Both the position numbers and the translations under genes were made by a program. A stretch of 32,000 nucleotides of DNA from Ktedonobacterales bacterium. GTDB lineage: Bacteria; Chloroflexota; Ktedonobacteria; Ktedonobacterales; JADMIN01. Under the pieces are notes generated by a model, which saw nothing but the letters and a program-made list of their open reading frames with translations, was not told the DNA's origin and did not search any database. Positions within the stretch are counted from its first letter, which is position 1. The number at the start of each line of letters is the position of its first letter. Location: contig CP126532.1 in NCBI GenBank assembly GCA_030167145.1, positions 3,810,001-3,842,000 of the forward strand, in the 5' to 3' direction. Of this stretch, positions 9,642 to 17,473 are shown one piece after another.

Positions 9642-10577
9642 TCATCGTGTAGAATCCTGACCCCCGATTCGCCGCCCCATATTCCAGCTTCCGTCGCGAT
9701 TGAGCAACACGTTGTCAATTAGCCGCGCCGGACCAACACGCGCGGCGATGGCGAGCAACATTGGCGCGCGTAGCTCCGCCAGCGGCTCGAAGGTAGCGGG
9801 ATCGCAGACATCGGCGTAGTCCAGCGTGGCACGCGGCTCAGCGGCCACCGTCTCGATCATCGTCCGCCGCAACGACGCGATGGTGGTATCAGCCGATGCG
9901 TTGAAGGAAGCCGCGGCAGCCTGAAGCGCGCGGAACAGCGCCGTCGCGGCGAGGCGATCTTCCGCGCCCAGATAGCTGTTGCGGCTGCTCATCGCCAGCC
10001 CATCCGCCTCGCGGATCGTCGGCAGCGCGAGCAATTCCACCGGCACATTCAGGTCGGTGAGCATGCGCCGCAGCACCGCGACTTGCTGCGCGTCTTTCTG
10101 GCCGAAGTACGCCCGGCTCGGCTGCACGAGATTGAAGAGCTTGAGCACCACGGTCGCCACGCCGCGAAAGTGCCCTGGGCGCACGGCGGCCTCGAGCCGC
10201 TCAGCCAGCGCGCCGCTCGGAACGACGTAGGTGTTGAAGTCGGGGGGATAGATGTCGTCAGGCGCGGGCGTGAAGACAATATCCGTGCCAGCCGCTTCCA
10301 GCAGCGCCAGGTCGTGCGGCAGGTCGCGGGGATAGCGCGAGAGGTCTTCGCTGGGAGCAAACTGCGCCGGGTTGACGAAGATGCTGACCACCGCTACTTC
10401 GTTCTCGCTACGGGCCTGCTCGACCAGCGAGAGATGCCCCGCGTGCAGATAGCCCATGGTCGGCACGAAACCGCAGGACTGCTTCTCGCCCATCCATGCC
10501 TCGCGCGCGGCGGCAAGTTCCGCCAGCGTCGTGATCACTCGCATCGTCCGCTGCTCTCCCATCTCAGATCGCGTCAT
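9642..10577 (-). CDS. panC: Pantoate--beta-alanine ligase
   Basis: FVPTMGYLHAGHLSLV (HxGH), FVNPAQF, YFGQKDAQQ, SSRN. An alternative start at ATG 10544 (MRVITT...) is equally plausible. Confidence 0.9.
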   Translation of the reverse strand: MTRSEMGEQRTMRVITTLAELAAAREAWMGEKQSCGFVPTMGYLHAGHLSLVEQARSENEVAVVSIFVNPAQFAPSEDLSRYPRDLPHDLALLEAAGTDIVFTPAPDDIYPPDFNTYVVPSGALAERLEAAVRPGHFRGVATVVLKLFNLVQPSRAYFGQKDAQQVAVLRRMLTDLNVPVELLALPTIREADGLAMSSRNSYLGAEDRLAATALFRALQAAAASFNASADTTIASLRRTMIETVAAEPRATLDYADVCDPATFEPLAELRAPMLLAIAARVGPARLIDNVLLNRDGSWNMGRRIGGQDSTR

Positions 10578-10621
10578 TCCAGGGAGATTGTATCACGCGG
10601 TTGAGATGCTATTATGCCCGG

Positions 10622-11992
10622 CTAGCCGTTGACGGCGGCAATCTCGGAGGCGGGGGCGAGCGGCAGAGCGGGCGCGATGATATGTGCGGCGCTGTCCGCG
10701 GCGAGCAGCACACCAAAGCGCCAGATAAAGAGGCCCATCTTGCCGCCTTCGTGCGCGAGCAATTGCAGCGCGCACCCCGCCAGCCCCGCATCGTGGGGCA
10801 CAGCGATGCTCCCGTTCACCTGTTGCGCCAGCGGTTGCAGCATGCTCTGCCCCTCGTCGCAGACACGCCATTGCAGTTCGTCGGCGAGCGTCTGGCCGAA
10901 CGCTAGCGGTATCGGCGGCTGCGGTATGCTCCAACCCGTCGTATCGCTGTACGTCAGGAAGAACTGCGCAGGCTCCGGCGTGGCCAGTACCCCGGAGTAG
11001 ACCTGAGAACCCACCCCAGAGGTGAATCGCCAACGCAGCGAGACGGGCATGAAGACCGACCAGATACGCGCAGTGCTGGGTAGGTCGGTATTGATGTCGA
11101 GTCCAGCCGGGCAGAGGCTTCCCGCGACACAATCACCAGCGGCGGCGCTGGCCGGACTAAAGAGCAGGTCCGCCACGAGCGGAGCGGAGGCGATGGCGGC
11201 GGTAATCTGGCCCTGGCTGTCATAGCCGGTGGCGTAATACTGGCCCGGCGGAACCGTCGTCGTCAGTGCCACGCCGTTGATGGCGCGCGATGCGGCGTCA
11301 TTGGCGCTCGCCTGGAGGTCAGGCGGCATGTCAGTGGCGCGCAGCGGGATATAGAGCGTGAAGAGCGCCAGCACCGCCTTGCCTTGGATGGCATAGAGCG
11401 ATCCGGCATGTCCGGCCTGGCAATCGCCGGTAATATGCTGCTCCGGCCACGCCATATGGCAGGCATGTGGCGCAAACGGCGGCGCTGTGAGGGTGATCGC
11501 ATTGTCGCCCTGGATCGGCGTGAAGACGAAAGGCGGCGGACCGGCGAGCGCGTGGCCGTTGACACTCGCCGAGCCGTAGGAGGCATTGCTGACAATGACG
11601 ACGGGTCCGTGCAGCGGTGGCGCCGCAATTGCTGGCACATCCGTCATCGCGCTGGATTGCGCCACCTGATAGGCGATGAGACGGTGAAGAATACCAAGCG
11701 CCATGAAGATGATAATCGCCACACCGAATAGGTTCCAGATGCGTTGGCGGTTCGTGCGCCGTGGCCGCAACAGATCGTTCAGGTTGTCTGGTGGGGCATC
11801 TTCCTGGTCTGTGGGGATAGGGGCGAGCGGGTGTTGCGGCTCTGGGCGCATGTGCGGCGGTGGCCGGTATAGCGTGCGATAGCCCAGCAGCGCGCGCCCA
11901 TAGTAGCCCGCTCGCAACGGGGGCAGAGCCTCGCTGGATGGGGCAGCGCGCTCGCGTTCGCGCTGGATGTCATCGGGTGGCTGCTGGGACAT
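10622..11992 (-). CDS. Uncharacterised single-pass membrane protein, paralogue 1 (disordered N-terminus, TM, Cys-conserved ectodomain)
   Basis: ORF 10622..12064. Start placed at ATG 11992 (MSQQPPDD...), preceded by GAGGAAA and a promoter. TM helix IWNLFGVAIIIFMALGILHRLIA after an Arg-rich segment. Colinear similarity to the next gene: VSN.SYG..(S/T)VN...L, GDNAITL.A.PF.PH.CH..WPE, GLFIWRFGVLLAAD.A.H. Confidence 0.7.
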   Translation of the reverse strand: MSQQPPDDIQRERERAAPSSEALPPLRAGYYGRALLGYRTLYRPPPHMRPEPQHPLAPIPTDQEDAPPDNLNDLLRPRRTNRQRIWNLFGVAIIIFMALGILHRLIAYQVAQSSAMTDVPAIAAPPLHGPVVIVSNASYGSASVNGHALAGPPPFVFTPIQGDNAITLTAPPFAPHACHMAWPEQHITGDCQAGHAGSLYAIQGKAVLALFTLYIPLRATDMPPDLQASANDAASRAINGVALTTTVPPGQYYATGYDSQGQITAAIASAPLVADLLFSPASAAAGDCVAGSLCPAGLDINTDLPSTARIWSVFMPVSLRWRFTSGVGSQVYSGVLATPEPAQFFLTYSDTTGWSIPQPPIPLAFGQTLADELQWRVCDEGQSMLQPLAQQVNGSIAVPHDAGLAGCALQLLAHEGGKMGLFIWRFGVLLAADSAAHIIAPALPLAPASEIAAVNG

Positions 11993-12035
11993 TGCGGCTT
12001 TCCTCGCCACGTGCGACGCCCAATGGTTGTATGGA

Positions 12036-12064
12036 AGCATAGCAAAGTGCGACGGACTTCGCAA
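12036..12064 (-). promoter_or_regulatory. Putative sigma70-type promoter for paralogue 1 (TTGCGA-N17-TATGCT)
   Basis: On the minus strand, TTGCGA (12064-12059), a 17-nt spacer, then TATGCT (12041-12036), ~45 nt upstream of ATG 11992. Confidence 0.4.
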
Positions 12065-12131
12065 GCGCTATTTGGGCGACTGCGTCCGGTCACTGTGCGC
12101 TGGCTCTTGATGGCCGCGATGCCTGTGCGCA

Positions 12132-13403
12132 TCAGGGTGGCGGAAGCTGGCTGGCGGTCGTGGCGGCGATGACCTCGGCAGGCGGCGCGAGTGGGACATC
12201 GGGAAATGTCGCATGGGTCGCGGCATCGGCGGCGAGCAGCACGCCAAAGCGCCAGATGAAGAGTCCCGCGCGCGTGCCGCTATTGGGCTGCAACAGTTCG
12301 AGTTGACATCCAGCCAGCCCGTTATCCTGCACCCAGTTGATGGTTGCCGCGCTATTCCTTTGCCGCTCATCGGCGAGGTTAGCGAGCGTTAGTGCGCCCA
12401 CGCCACAGATGCTCGCCGTAAGCTGCTGGGTTAGTGGCTGTCCGCCAATGAACTGCTCCGCGTGACGCAGAACCTGCCAGCCAGAGGCGCTGGTATAGGC
12501 GAGCACTAGCTCAACCTGAAATTGTGAGAGCAGGGGAGGAAGCGTGGTCGGGATTCCCGCGGCAGATGTGAACTGCCAGGAGACGGTGACGGGCGTGAAG
12601 ACCGCCCAGGCGCGCACAGCGGGATGCGCTTCCGTCGCCGCCGGATTGAGCGCGCCCGCACAGAGAAGCTGGCTATCGCAGTAGGCAGGCTGCCTGGTCC
12701 CGGATGCGGGCAGCGCGAAGTGGACCACGGCGTTGAGCGGTGCGGGGGCAGGCTGGCTGAGGATGTTGCCCGTAGAGTCGCGCCCGATAGGATAGTACTG
12801 GCCGGCGGGCACGCTGGTCTGCGGCTGCACGGCGTCTAGCGCCTGGGCAATGGCGCTGAGTGCGCCTATGCGGAGGTCAGGCGCAAGATCAGCGGCGGTG
12901 ATGCGCAGATAGATGACCAGATTCGCGACGACAAAGTGGTCCGCGATGGGAAAGACGCCGCCACTGCCAGAGCCGCACGTGCTGGATACAACGCCCTCCG
13001 GCCAGCGTACATGGCAGGTATGGGGCAGAAACGGCGCGGCGCTGAGCGTGATGGCATTGTCGCCCTGGCGTAACGCGATCACCTGCGGCAGCGGCGCGGT
13101 AAGCGGTTGGGCGTTGACGGTGACAGCGCCATACGAGAGATTGCTGACGAGCACGATAGAGGCAGCAGTAGTGAGCGAAGGTGCGCGCGAGGTTTGGGAT
13201 GGCAGCGAAGAAATGGAGCGCAGAATGAGACCTGCGACCACAAGCAGCAGTACGACTACCATACCCATCCGCAGCGCACGGCGGCCCACGGAGACGCGGC
13301 GCAGCAGCAGGTGGTCGAGATCCACGGTGCGCGGCGTAGGATCGGCATCGTCAGCGTGGTTTTCGTTGTCGGCGCGCCCGTGGTCATCTGCTGGCTGTCG
13401 CAT
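12132..13403 (-). CDS. Uncharacterised single-pass membrane protein, paralogue 2
   Basis: 423 aa. Acidic/His-rich N-terminus, then the TM helix LRMGMVVVLLLVVAGLILRSI after RRVSVGRRA. Its ectodomain shares the motif set and six Cys positions with 10622..11992. Confidence 0.7.
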   Translation of the reverse strand: MRQPADDHGRADNENHADDADPTPRTVDLDHLLLRRVSVGRRALRMGMVVVLLLVVAGLILRSISSLPSQTSRAPSLTTAASIVLVSNLSYGAVTVNAQPLTAPLPQVIALRQGDNAITLSAAPFLPHTCHVRWPEGVVSSTCGSGSGGVFPIADHFVVANLVIYLRITAADLAPDLRIGALSAIAQALDAVQPQTSVPAGQYYPIGRDSTGNILSQPAPAPLNAVVHFALPASGTRQPAYCDSQLLCAGALNPAATEAHPAVRAWAVFTPVTVSWQFTSAAGIPTTLPPLLSQFQVELVLAYTSASGWQVLRHAEQFIGGQPLTQQLTASICGVGALTLANLADERQRNSAATINWVQDNGLAGCQLELLQPNSGTRAGLFIWRFGVLLAADAATHATFPDVPLAPPAEVIAATTASQLPPP

Positions 13404-13579
13404 GCCCGCGCCCTTTCGCTGGTCTGTCTCTCTGTGTGAGATAGGGTCGTTGTGGTTCGGGACGGTTGCCTATACTGTCTATAAAGGTACGACAGAGGTT
13501 GTGGCAGGGGCCAGTGGCGTGGTGGTCCCGCGTGCGACGACGGGTGGCGCGCAGACGCGAGGGGAATGGACGCGGAGCC

Positions 13580-15064
13580 TTAGTTGCGGTTGGCGGCTCT
13601 GGGCTGCGGCTTTGGCTGACCTGGGGCGGTGCGTCCGAGGCGGGGCAGGCGGGTCTGGCTGGCCTGGGGCATCTCTGGCAGCAGCGCGTTCGGTGGCGCG
13701 GGGAGGGCATCCACTGGGGCGCTGCCGGGAACTGGCGGCGCGGCTTCGACCGGCGCGGCGGCAAGAAGTGGTTGCTGCTGGTCCTGTCGCCTCCATAGGA
13801 AAGCAGCGACGAGCGCGACGAGCAGGCAGGGTAATCCCGCGACCACCCAGCTTGCCGAGACTCCCCCACGCGCGGCGACGCCGCTGACGATGAGATTGCC
13901 GATGGGTGTGGTGCCGACGAAGACCATCGTATAGACGCTCATCACGCGTCCGCGAATCGCCGCCGGGCTGGAAAGCTGGGTGCGGGTGTTGGCAGAGGCG
14001 GAGAACGAACTCATGAAGAAGCCGGAGAGCGCGATGAGCAACATCGTGGTGAGAATCGAGTGCGTCAAGCCAATGGTAGCTTCGAGGATACCGAAGCCGG
14101 CAGCCATGAACACCAGTTGTTTGTTCGTGGGGCGTCCGCCGCGCTTCGCTAGCGTCAGCGCGCCGATCAATGCGCCCGCGCCGAGCGCGGAAGACAGCCA
14201 GCCGAAGACTGCGGGGCCAGCGTGTAGCACGCTATACGCTTCGAGCGGTAGCACGACGTTGAAGTTGAAACCCATGGTGCCGATGACGGCGATCATCAGA
14301 AAGGTGACGCGCATCGTCGGGTCGGAGAGGATGAAGCGGAAGCCGTCGCCCAGGGCACGGATCCGCGCCATGCCCTGCGCGAACTCGGCGCGGGGCACCG
14401 GCATCAGATCCTTGAGATTCATCATCAGCAAGCCAAAGATGACGGCGATGAAGCTGACGGCATTGAGCAGGAAGAGCGGTGGCACACCAAATAACGCGAT
14501 CAGAGCGCCCGCCAGCCCCGGGCCGACGATGCGCGAGGCATTGAATTGGGCGGAATTGAGCGAGACGGCGTTGAGCAGGCTATCGGCGGGAACCATCTCG
14601 CTGACGAAGGCCTGCCGTGTGGGCATGTCCACGGCATTGACGATGCCGAGCATCAGCGCGAGCACGTAGACCTGCCAGAGTTGGACGGCATGGGTGACGG
14701 TGAGCGTAAAGAGGATCAGCGCGAGCAGCCCAGCGGCGATTTGCGTTGCCACCAGCACGTTGCGGCGTGGCCAGCGGTCGGCGATGGCGCCGCCAAAGGG
14801 GATCAGCAGCGGGCCGAACTGGAGCGCGCCGACGATGCCGAGGGCCAGTGGATTAGGGGTGAGGGTCAGCACGAGCCATTGCTGGGCCGTGCTCTGCATG
14901 AAGGTGCCGGTGACGGAAACGAGCTGGCCGAACCAGAAGAGGCGGTAGTTGCGATGGCGCAGCGCAGAAAAAATACCATCCGGCGTCTTGCTTCCGCTGG
15001 ATGGCCGCGATTGCCGCAACACCGGCCAGCCGAACGCTGGCCGCGCCCCTCTTCGGATAGTCAC
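13580..15064 (-). CDS. MFS transporter (EntS/MFS_3-like) with a Pro-rich C-terminal tail
   Basis: 494 aa with a GTG start and many hydrophobic helices. RNYRLFWFGQLVSVTGTFMQ and ADRWPRR are typical of this MFS subgroup. Confidence 0.85.
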   Translation of the reverse strand: MTIRRGARPAFGWPVLRQSRPSSGSKTPDGIFSALRHRNYRLFWFGQLVSVTGTFMQSTAQQWLVLTLTPNPLALGIVGALQFGPLLIPFGGAIADRWPRRNVLVATQIAAGLLALILFTLTVTHAVQLWQVYVLALMLGIVNAVDMPTRQAFVSEMVPADSLLNAVSLNSAQFNASRIVGPGLAGALIALFGVPPLFLLNAVSFIAVIFGLLMMNLKDLMPVPRAEFAQGMARIRALGDGFRFILSDPTMRVTFLMIAVIGTMGFNFNVVLPLEAYSVLHAGPAVFGWLSSALGAGALIGALTLAKRGGRPTNKQLVFMAAGFGILEATIGLTHSILTTMLLIALSGFFMSSFSASANTRTQLSSPAAIRGRVMSVYTMVFVGTTPIGNLIVSGVAARGGVSASWVVAGLPCLLVALVAAFLWRRQDQQQPLLAAAPVEAAPPVPGSAPVDALPAPPNALLPEMPQASQTRLPRLGRTAPGQPKPQPRAANRN

Positions 15065-15117
15065 TCGAAAACGCCCCCTATGCGCAAAATGCTGAATATT
15101 CCATCAATACTACACGA

Positions 15118-15146
15118 AGTATAGCAAGGATTTACGTACACGTCAA
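15118..15146 (-). promoter_or_regulatory. Near-consensus sigma70-type promoter for the MFS gene (TTGACG-N17-TATACT)
   Basis: On the minus strand, TTGACG (15146-15141), a 17-nt spacer, then TATACT (15123-15118). It lies in an AT-rich intergenic stretch ~55 nt upstream of GTG 15064. Confidence 0.55.
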
Positions 15147-15191
15147 TGTTAGAAACCCATATCGCGTATGATAGACATCATACACGAGGTC

Positions 15192-15231
15192 AAGAAAAAG
15201 AAGCCCACCCGCCCGATGCGCGGAGGGCTTC
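15192..15231 (-). terminator. Rho-independent terminator of the small CxxC...HxxH gene
   Basis: On the minus strand, GAAGCCC(t)CC ... GG(t)GGGCTTC forms the stem and is followed by TTTTTCTT. It begins ~35 nt after the stop at 15265. Confidence 0.55.
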
Positions 15232-15264
15232 CGATACCCTCGGAGTGGCAATCGCCAGGATCGC

Positions 15265-15453
15265 CTAGCCGATGGTGAAGTGGTTCTTGTGATAGTAGGT
15301 CATGCCCTGGCCCATCACCTTGACCGGCAACAATTCCTTGAGCATGATTGGCTCGCCACACTTCTCGCAGATGCGATTGGTGGCGAAGTTGACATCGTCG
15401 CGCTGCGCCAGCGAGGCGCGCGCCGTCTTGGAAAGCTCGCCCTTCTTTGCCAT
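15265..15453 (-). CDS. Small (62 aa) putative zinc-ribbon/TRASH-like protein
   Basis: MAKKGELSKTARASLAQRDDVNFATNRICEKCGEPIMLKELLPVKVMGQGMTYYHKNHFTIG. Metal-ligand spacing is C-x2-C-x22-H-x2-H. A strong AGGAG RBS and its own terminator indicate a monocistronic gene. Confidence 0.6.
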   Translation of the reverse strand: MAKKGELSKTARASLAQRDDVNFATNRICEKCGEPIMLKELLPVKVMGQGMTYYHKNHFTIG

Positions 15454-15582
15454 GTTCTTCCCTTACTCCTGGTATGTTCTTTATCGTTCGTCACTGCGGT
15501 TCGCCGCGCCTGTCGCGGAAGCCGCACGTGGTATCTCGTACACGCGGTACATATCAGTATACCACAGATATGGGACGGCCCG

Positions 15583-17055
15583 ATGGCGCGGGACGGTGGC
15601 GCTGATCTCTGGCCCAAAAGATGCTCTAAAGCGGGTATGCGCATTGATTATGACAAACGGCAACCCGTCTACCGGAGTATGCCCCAGAGCTTCGCGGGAC
15701 AACTGATCGCCCGGCTCGGCCAGCTACGCGCCCAGGCCAGCGGGGGGCAGAATCAGACGCGCCAGCCGTATACGCGCGGTGGGGTGGGGTTTGGGCCGCC
15801 GTCCTGGCTGCAAACGGCGCGGCGCTGGTCGCCGGGCATCGTGCCGCCGATGCTGGGTGGGCTGCTGTTGCTGGTGGGGGTCGTACTGGCCACACAACGC
15901 GGCACGCAGCGCCCGCTGATCGCGCCGCACTCACTGTTGCCGCTCTTCCTCATCTATTTGATCTTTGGGACCATCTACGGCCTGGCGCTGCACTTCGCGC
16001 CGACGACCTATGCCTGGCTGGGGGTGCTGGCTGGCGGCGCGCTGGTCTACGTCGCGGTGACACTCTGGGTAATCGGCGGCGTGGCGCCGCTGGCGATCTT
16101 TCTGATCGTGCTGCTCATCGTGGCATACGTCTATGTACGCACCCACATGCGAACCGTGGCGAAGAATCAGGTGATTGTTACGGAGCTTGCTGGCGGGCAT
16201 TCACGCACACTGGGCACGGGCGCGCACGTGTTGCTTCCGGGCGAGCAGGTGCTGGCGACCGTGGAGATTGGTGAGCGCCAGCTTGCCGTGCCCGCGCAAC
16301 AGGTGGAGCTTGCCGATGCGAGCGGCGAGCCGTATGTGGCGCAGGCGGCGGCGCTATTGGCATTTGTGATTCAGCCGGATCAGGCGCATCTGGTGGCGCT
16401 GGGGCCAGAGGAGTGGGAAGACGAGCTGCGCGAGCGGGCAAGCGCGGCGCTGCGGCGCAGTTTGGCGGAGTGGGGCAGACGCATGCTGACGGATGACGAG
16501 GAGCTGCCCGAAGGCATGATGGCGAAGACGGCGCTGCGGCTGCTCTCGGATCGTATGCGGCCACGCGGCCTGCGTATTCGCTGGATGCGCGTGCGCGACA
16601 TCTGGCTGCGGCCAGCAGGTGAGGTGGTTCCGGTGGATGACTGGGAGCACGAGCAGCAGCCGCCCGCAGAGCAACGCCCGTGGACGCCGCCCGCCGCTCC
16701 TGCGCCACCCGCGCCGTATGTCGCGCCACACGCAGACCCACCGCCGCTGTACCCACCGCGCGGAGAGATACGCGCACCGATGCGCGGACCCGCACCGCGC
16801 CCCGCGCTGCCGCAACCGGCACATGAGCCAGATGTGGCCGACGAGGCGTTCCCACCGGAGGCGCTGCGCGATGCGTATGAGGCGGTGCGAGCGAATCAGA
16901 TCACCGATCCCCAGACGATTCGCGAGATCGCGCAGGGTTTTCTGCATGTAGCGCACAATCCGGCGCTGGCCGAGACGCTGACCTTCGACGCGGGAGCCGC
17001 CGCGCGCATTTTGCTGGATCGCGCGGCGGCAATTGAGCAGCAGTCGCCACATTAA
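15583..17055 (+). CDS. Polytopic membrane protein (4 predicted TM) with a tentative SPFH/band-7-like domain and a Pro-rich region
   Basis: ORF 15280..17055. The first ~100 codons overlap the opposite-strand small gene, so the start is taken at ATG 15583 (ATG 15637 is also possible). There are four hydrophobic helices. After them, VAKNQVIVTELAGGHSRTLGTGAHVLLPGEQVLATVEIGERQ...RGLRIRWMRVRDIWLRP follows the SPFH beta-alpha pattern only loosely. A PPAAPAPPAPY-type tract follows. Confidence 0.6.
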   Translation: MARDGGADLWPKRCSKAGMRIDYDKRQPVYRSMPQSFAGQLIARLGQLRAQASGGQNQTRQPYTRGGVGFGPPSWLQTARRWSPGIVPPMLGGLLLLVGVVLATQRGTQRPLIAPHSLLPLFLIYLIFGTIYGLALHFAPTTYAWLGVLAGGALVYVAVTLWVIGGVAPLAIFLIVLLIVAYVYVRTHMRTVAKNQVIVTELAGGHSRTLGTGAHVLLPGEQVLATVEIGERQLAVPAQQVELADASGEPYVAQAAALLAFVIQPDQAHLVALGPEEWEDELRERASAALRRSLAEWGRRMLTDDEELPEGMMAKTALRLLSDRMRPRGLRIRWMRVRDIWLRPAGEVVPVDDWEHEQQPPAEQRPWTPPAAPAPPAPYVAPHADPPPLYPPRGEIRAPMRGPAPRPALPQPAHEPDVADEAFPPEALRDAYEAVRANQITDPQTIREIAQGFLHVAHNPALAETLTFDAGAAARILLDRAAAIEQQSPH

Positions 17056-17142
17056 CGCCACATTGACGCGCCGCTGACGCCACACTGACGCGCCGCTGAC
17101 GCCACACTGACGCGCCGCTGACGCCACACTGACGCGCCGCCG
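17053..17142. repeat. Tandem repeat: ~4 x 22 bp, equivalent to 8 x 11 bp phased (T[GA]ACGC + alternating GCCGC/CACAC)
   Basis: TGACGC starts at 17064, 17075, 17086, 17097, 17108, 17119 and 17130 (exact 11-bp spacing), plus TAACGC at 17053. The 22-bp unit is ACGCCACACTGACGCGCCGCTG. The array begins on the stop codon of the upstream gene and ends 15 bp before the tRNA-Arg -35 box. Confidence 0.9.
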
Positions 17143-17156
17143 GTTGCGCATGCTCC

Positions 17157-17185
17157 TTGAAGCGCGGGTCGCTGTGTGCTACACT
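17157..17185 (+). promoter_or_regulatory. Putative promoter of tRNA-Arg (TTGAAG-N17-TACACT)
   Basis: TTGAAG at 17157-17162, a 17-nt spacer, TACACT at 17180-17185, 28 nt before the tRNA 5' end. Confidence 0.45.
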
Positions 17186-17213
17186 GGTGGCAGACGTGTT
17201 TCACGTGCCGCTA

Positions 17214-17288
17214 GCCCCCATAGCTCAGCGGATAGAGCACCGGCCTCCGGAGCCGGGTGCGGGCGTTCGAGTCGCCCTGGGGGCACCA
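17214..17288 (+). tRNA. tRNA-Arg (anticodon CCG), CCA encoded
   Basis: Acceptor GCCCCCA/TGGGGGC, D-arm AGCTCAGCGGATAGAGC, anticodon stem CCGGC/GCCGG with loop CTCCGGA (CCG), T-arm GGGCG-TTCGAGT-CGCCC, then A and CCA. Confidence 0.93.
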
Positions 17289-17290
17289 CA

Positions 17291-17324
17291 AGCAGGCACC
17301 CTCGTGTGGGGCCTGCTCTTTTTT
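17291..17324 (+). terminator. Rho-independent terminator after tRNA-Arg
   Basis: Stem AGCAGGC(a)CCC / GGGGCCTGCT with a 6-nt loop, followed by a run of six T (17319-17324). Confidence 0.7.
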
Positions 17325-17379
17325 GACTTGCAAAGTCCTTCTCTACTCGTTCTCAGCTCGCTCTCATCGTGCCGTCCCC

Positions 17380-17408
17380 TTGCGCGATGCCACCCCTTCC
17401 GCTATCCT
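17380..17408 (+). promoter_or_regulatory. Possible promoter of the TIR gene pair (TTGCGC-N17-TATCCT)
   Basis: TTGCGC at 17380-17385, a 17-nt spacer, TATCCT at 17403-17408, ~65 nt upstream of ATG 17474. Confidence 0.3.
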
Positions 17409-17473
17409 GGGCGCGGAGGTGTCGTGCCCGCCGTGGATTCGCGGTCGGCGTAGGATGCGAGATGGAGTCGAGG

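Noticed and set aside
17053-17142. CRISPR-array interpretation of the 22-bp tandem repeat
   Set aside because: The units are directly abutting with no spacers, the period is too short, and there are no cas genes. It is a simple phased tandem repeat.
16178-17151. 225-aa and 265-aa minus-strand ORFs over the 3' half of the SPFH-like gene and the tandem repeat
   Set aside because: Arg/Ala-rich shadows of the proline-rich coding region. One runs through the non-coding 22-bp repeat array and towards the tRNA promoter.
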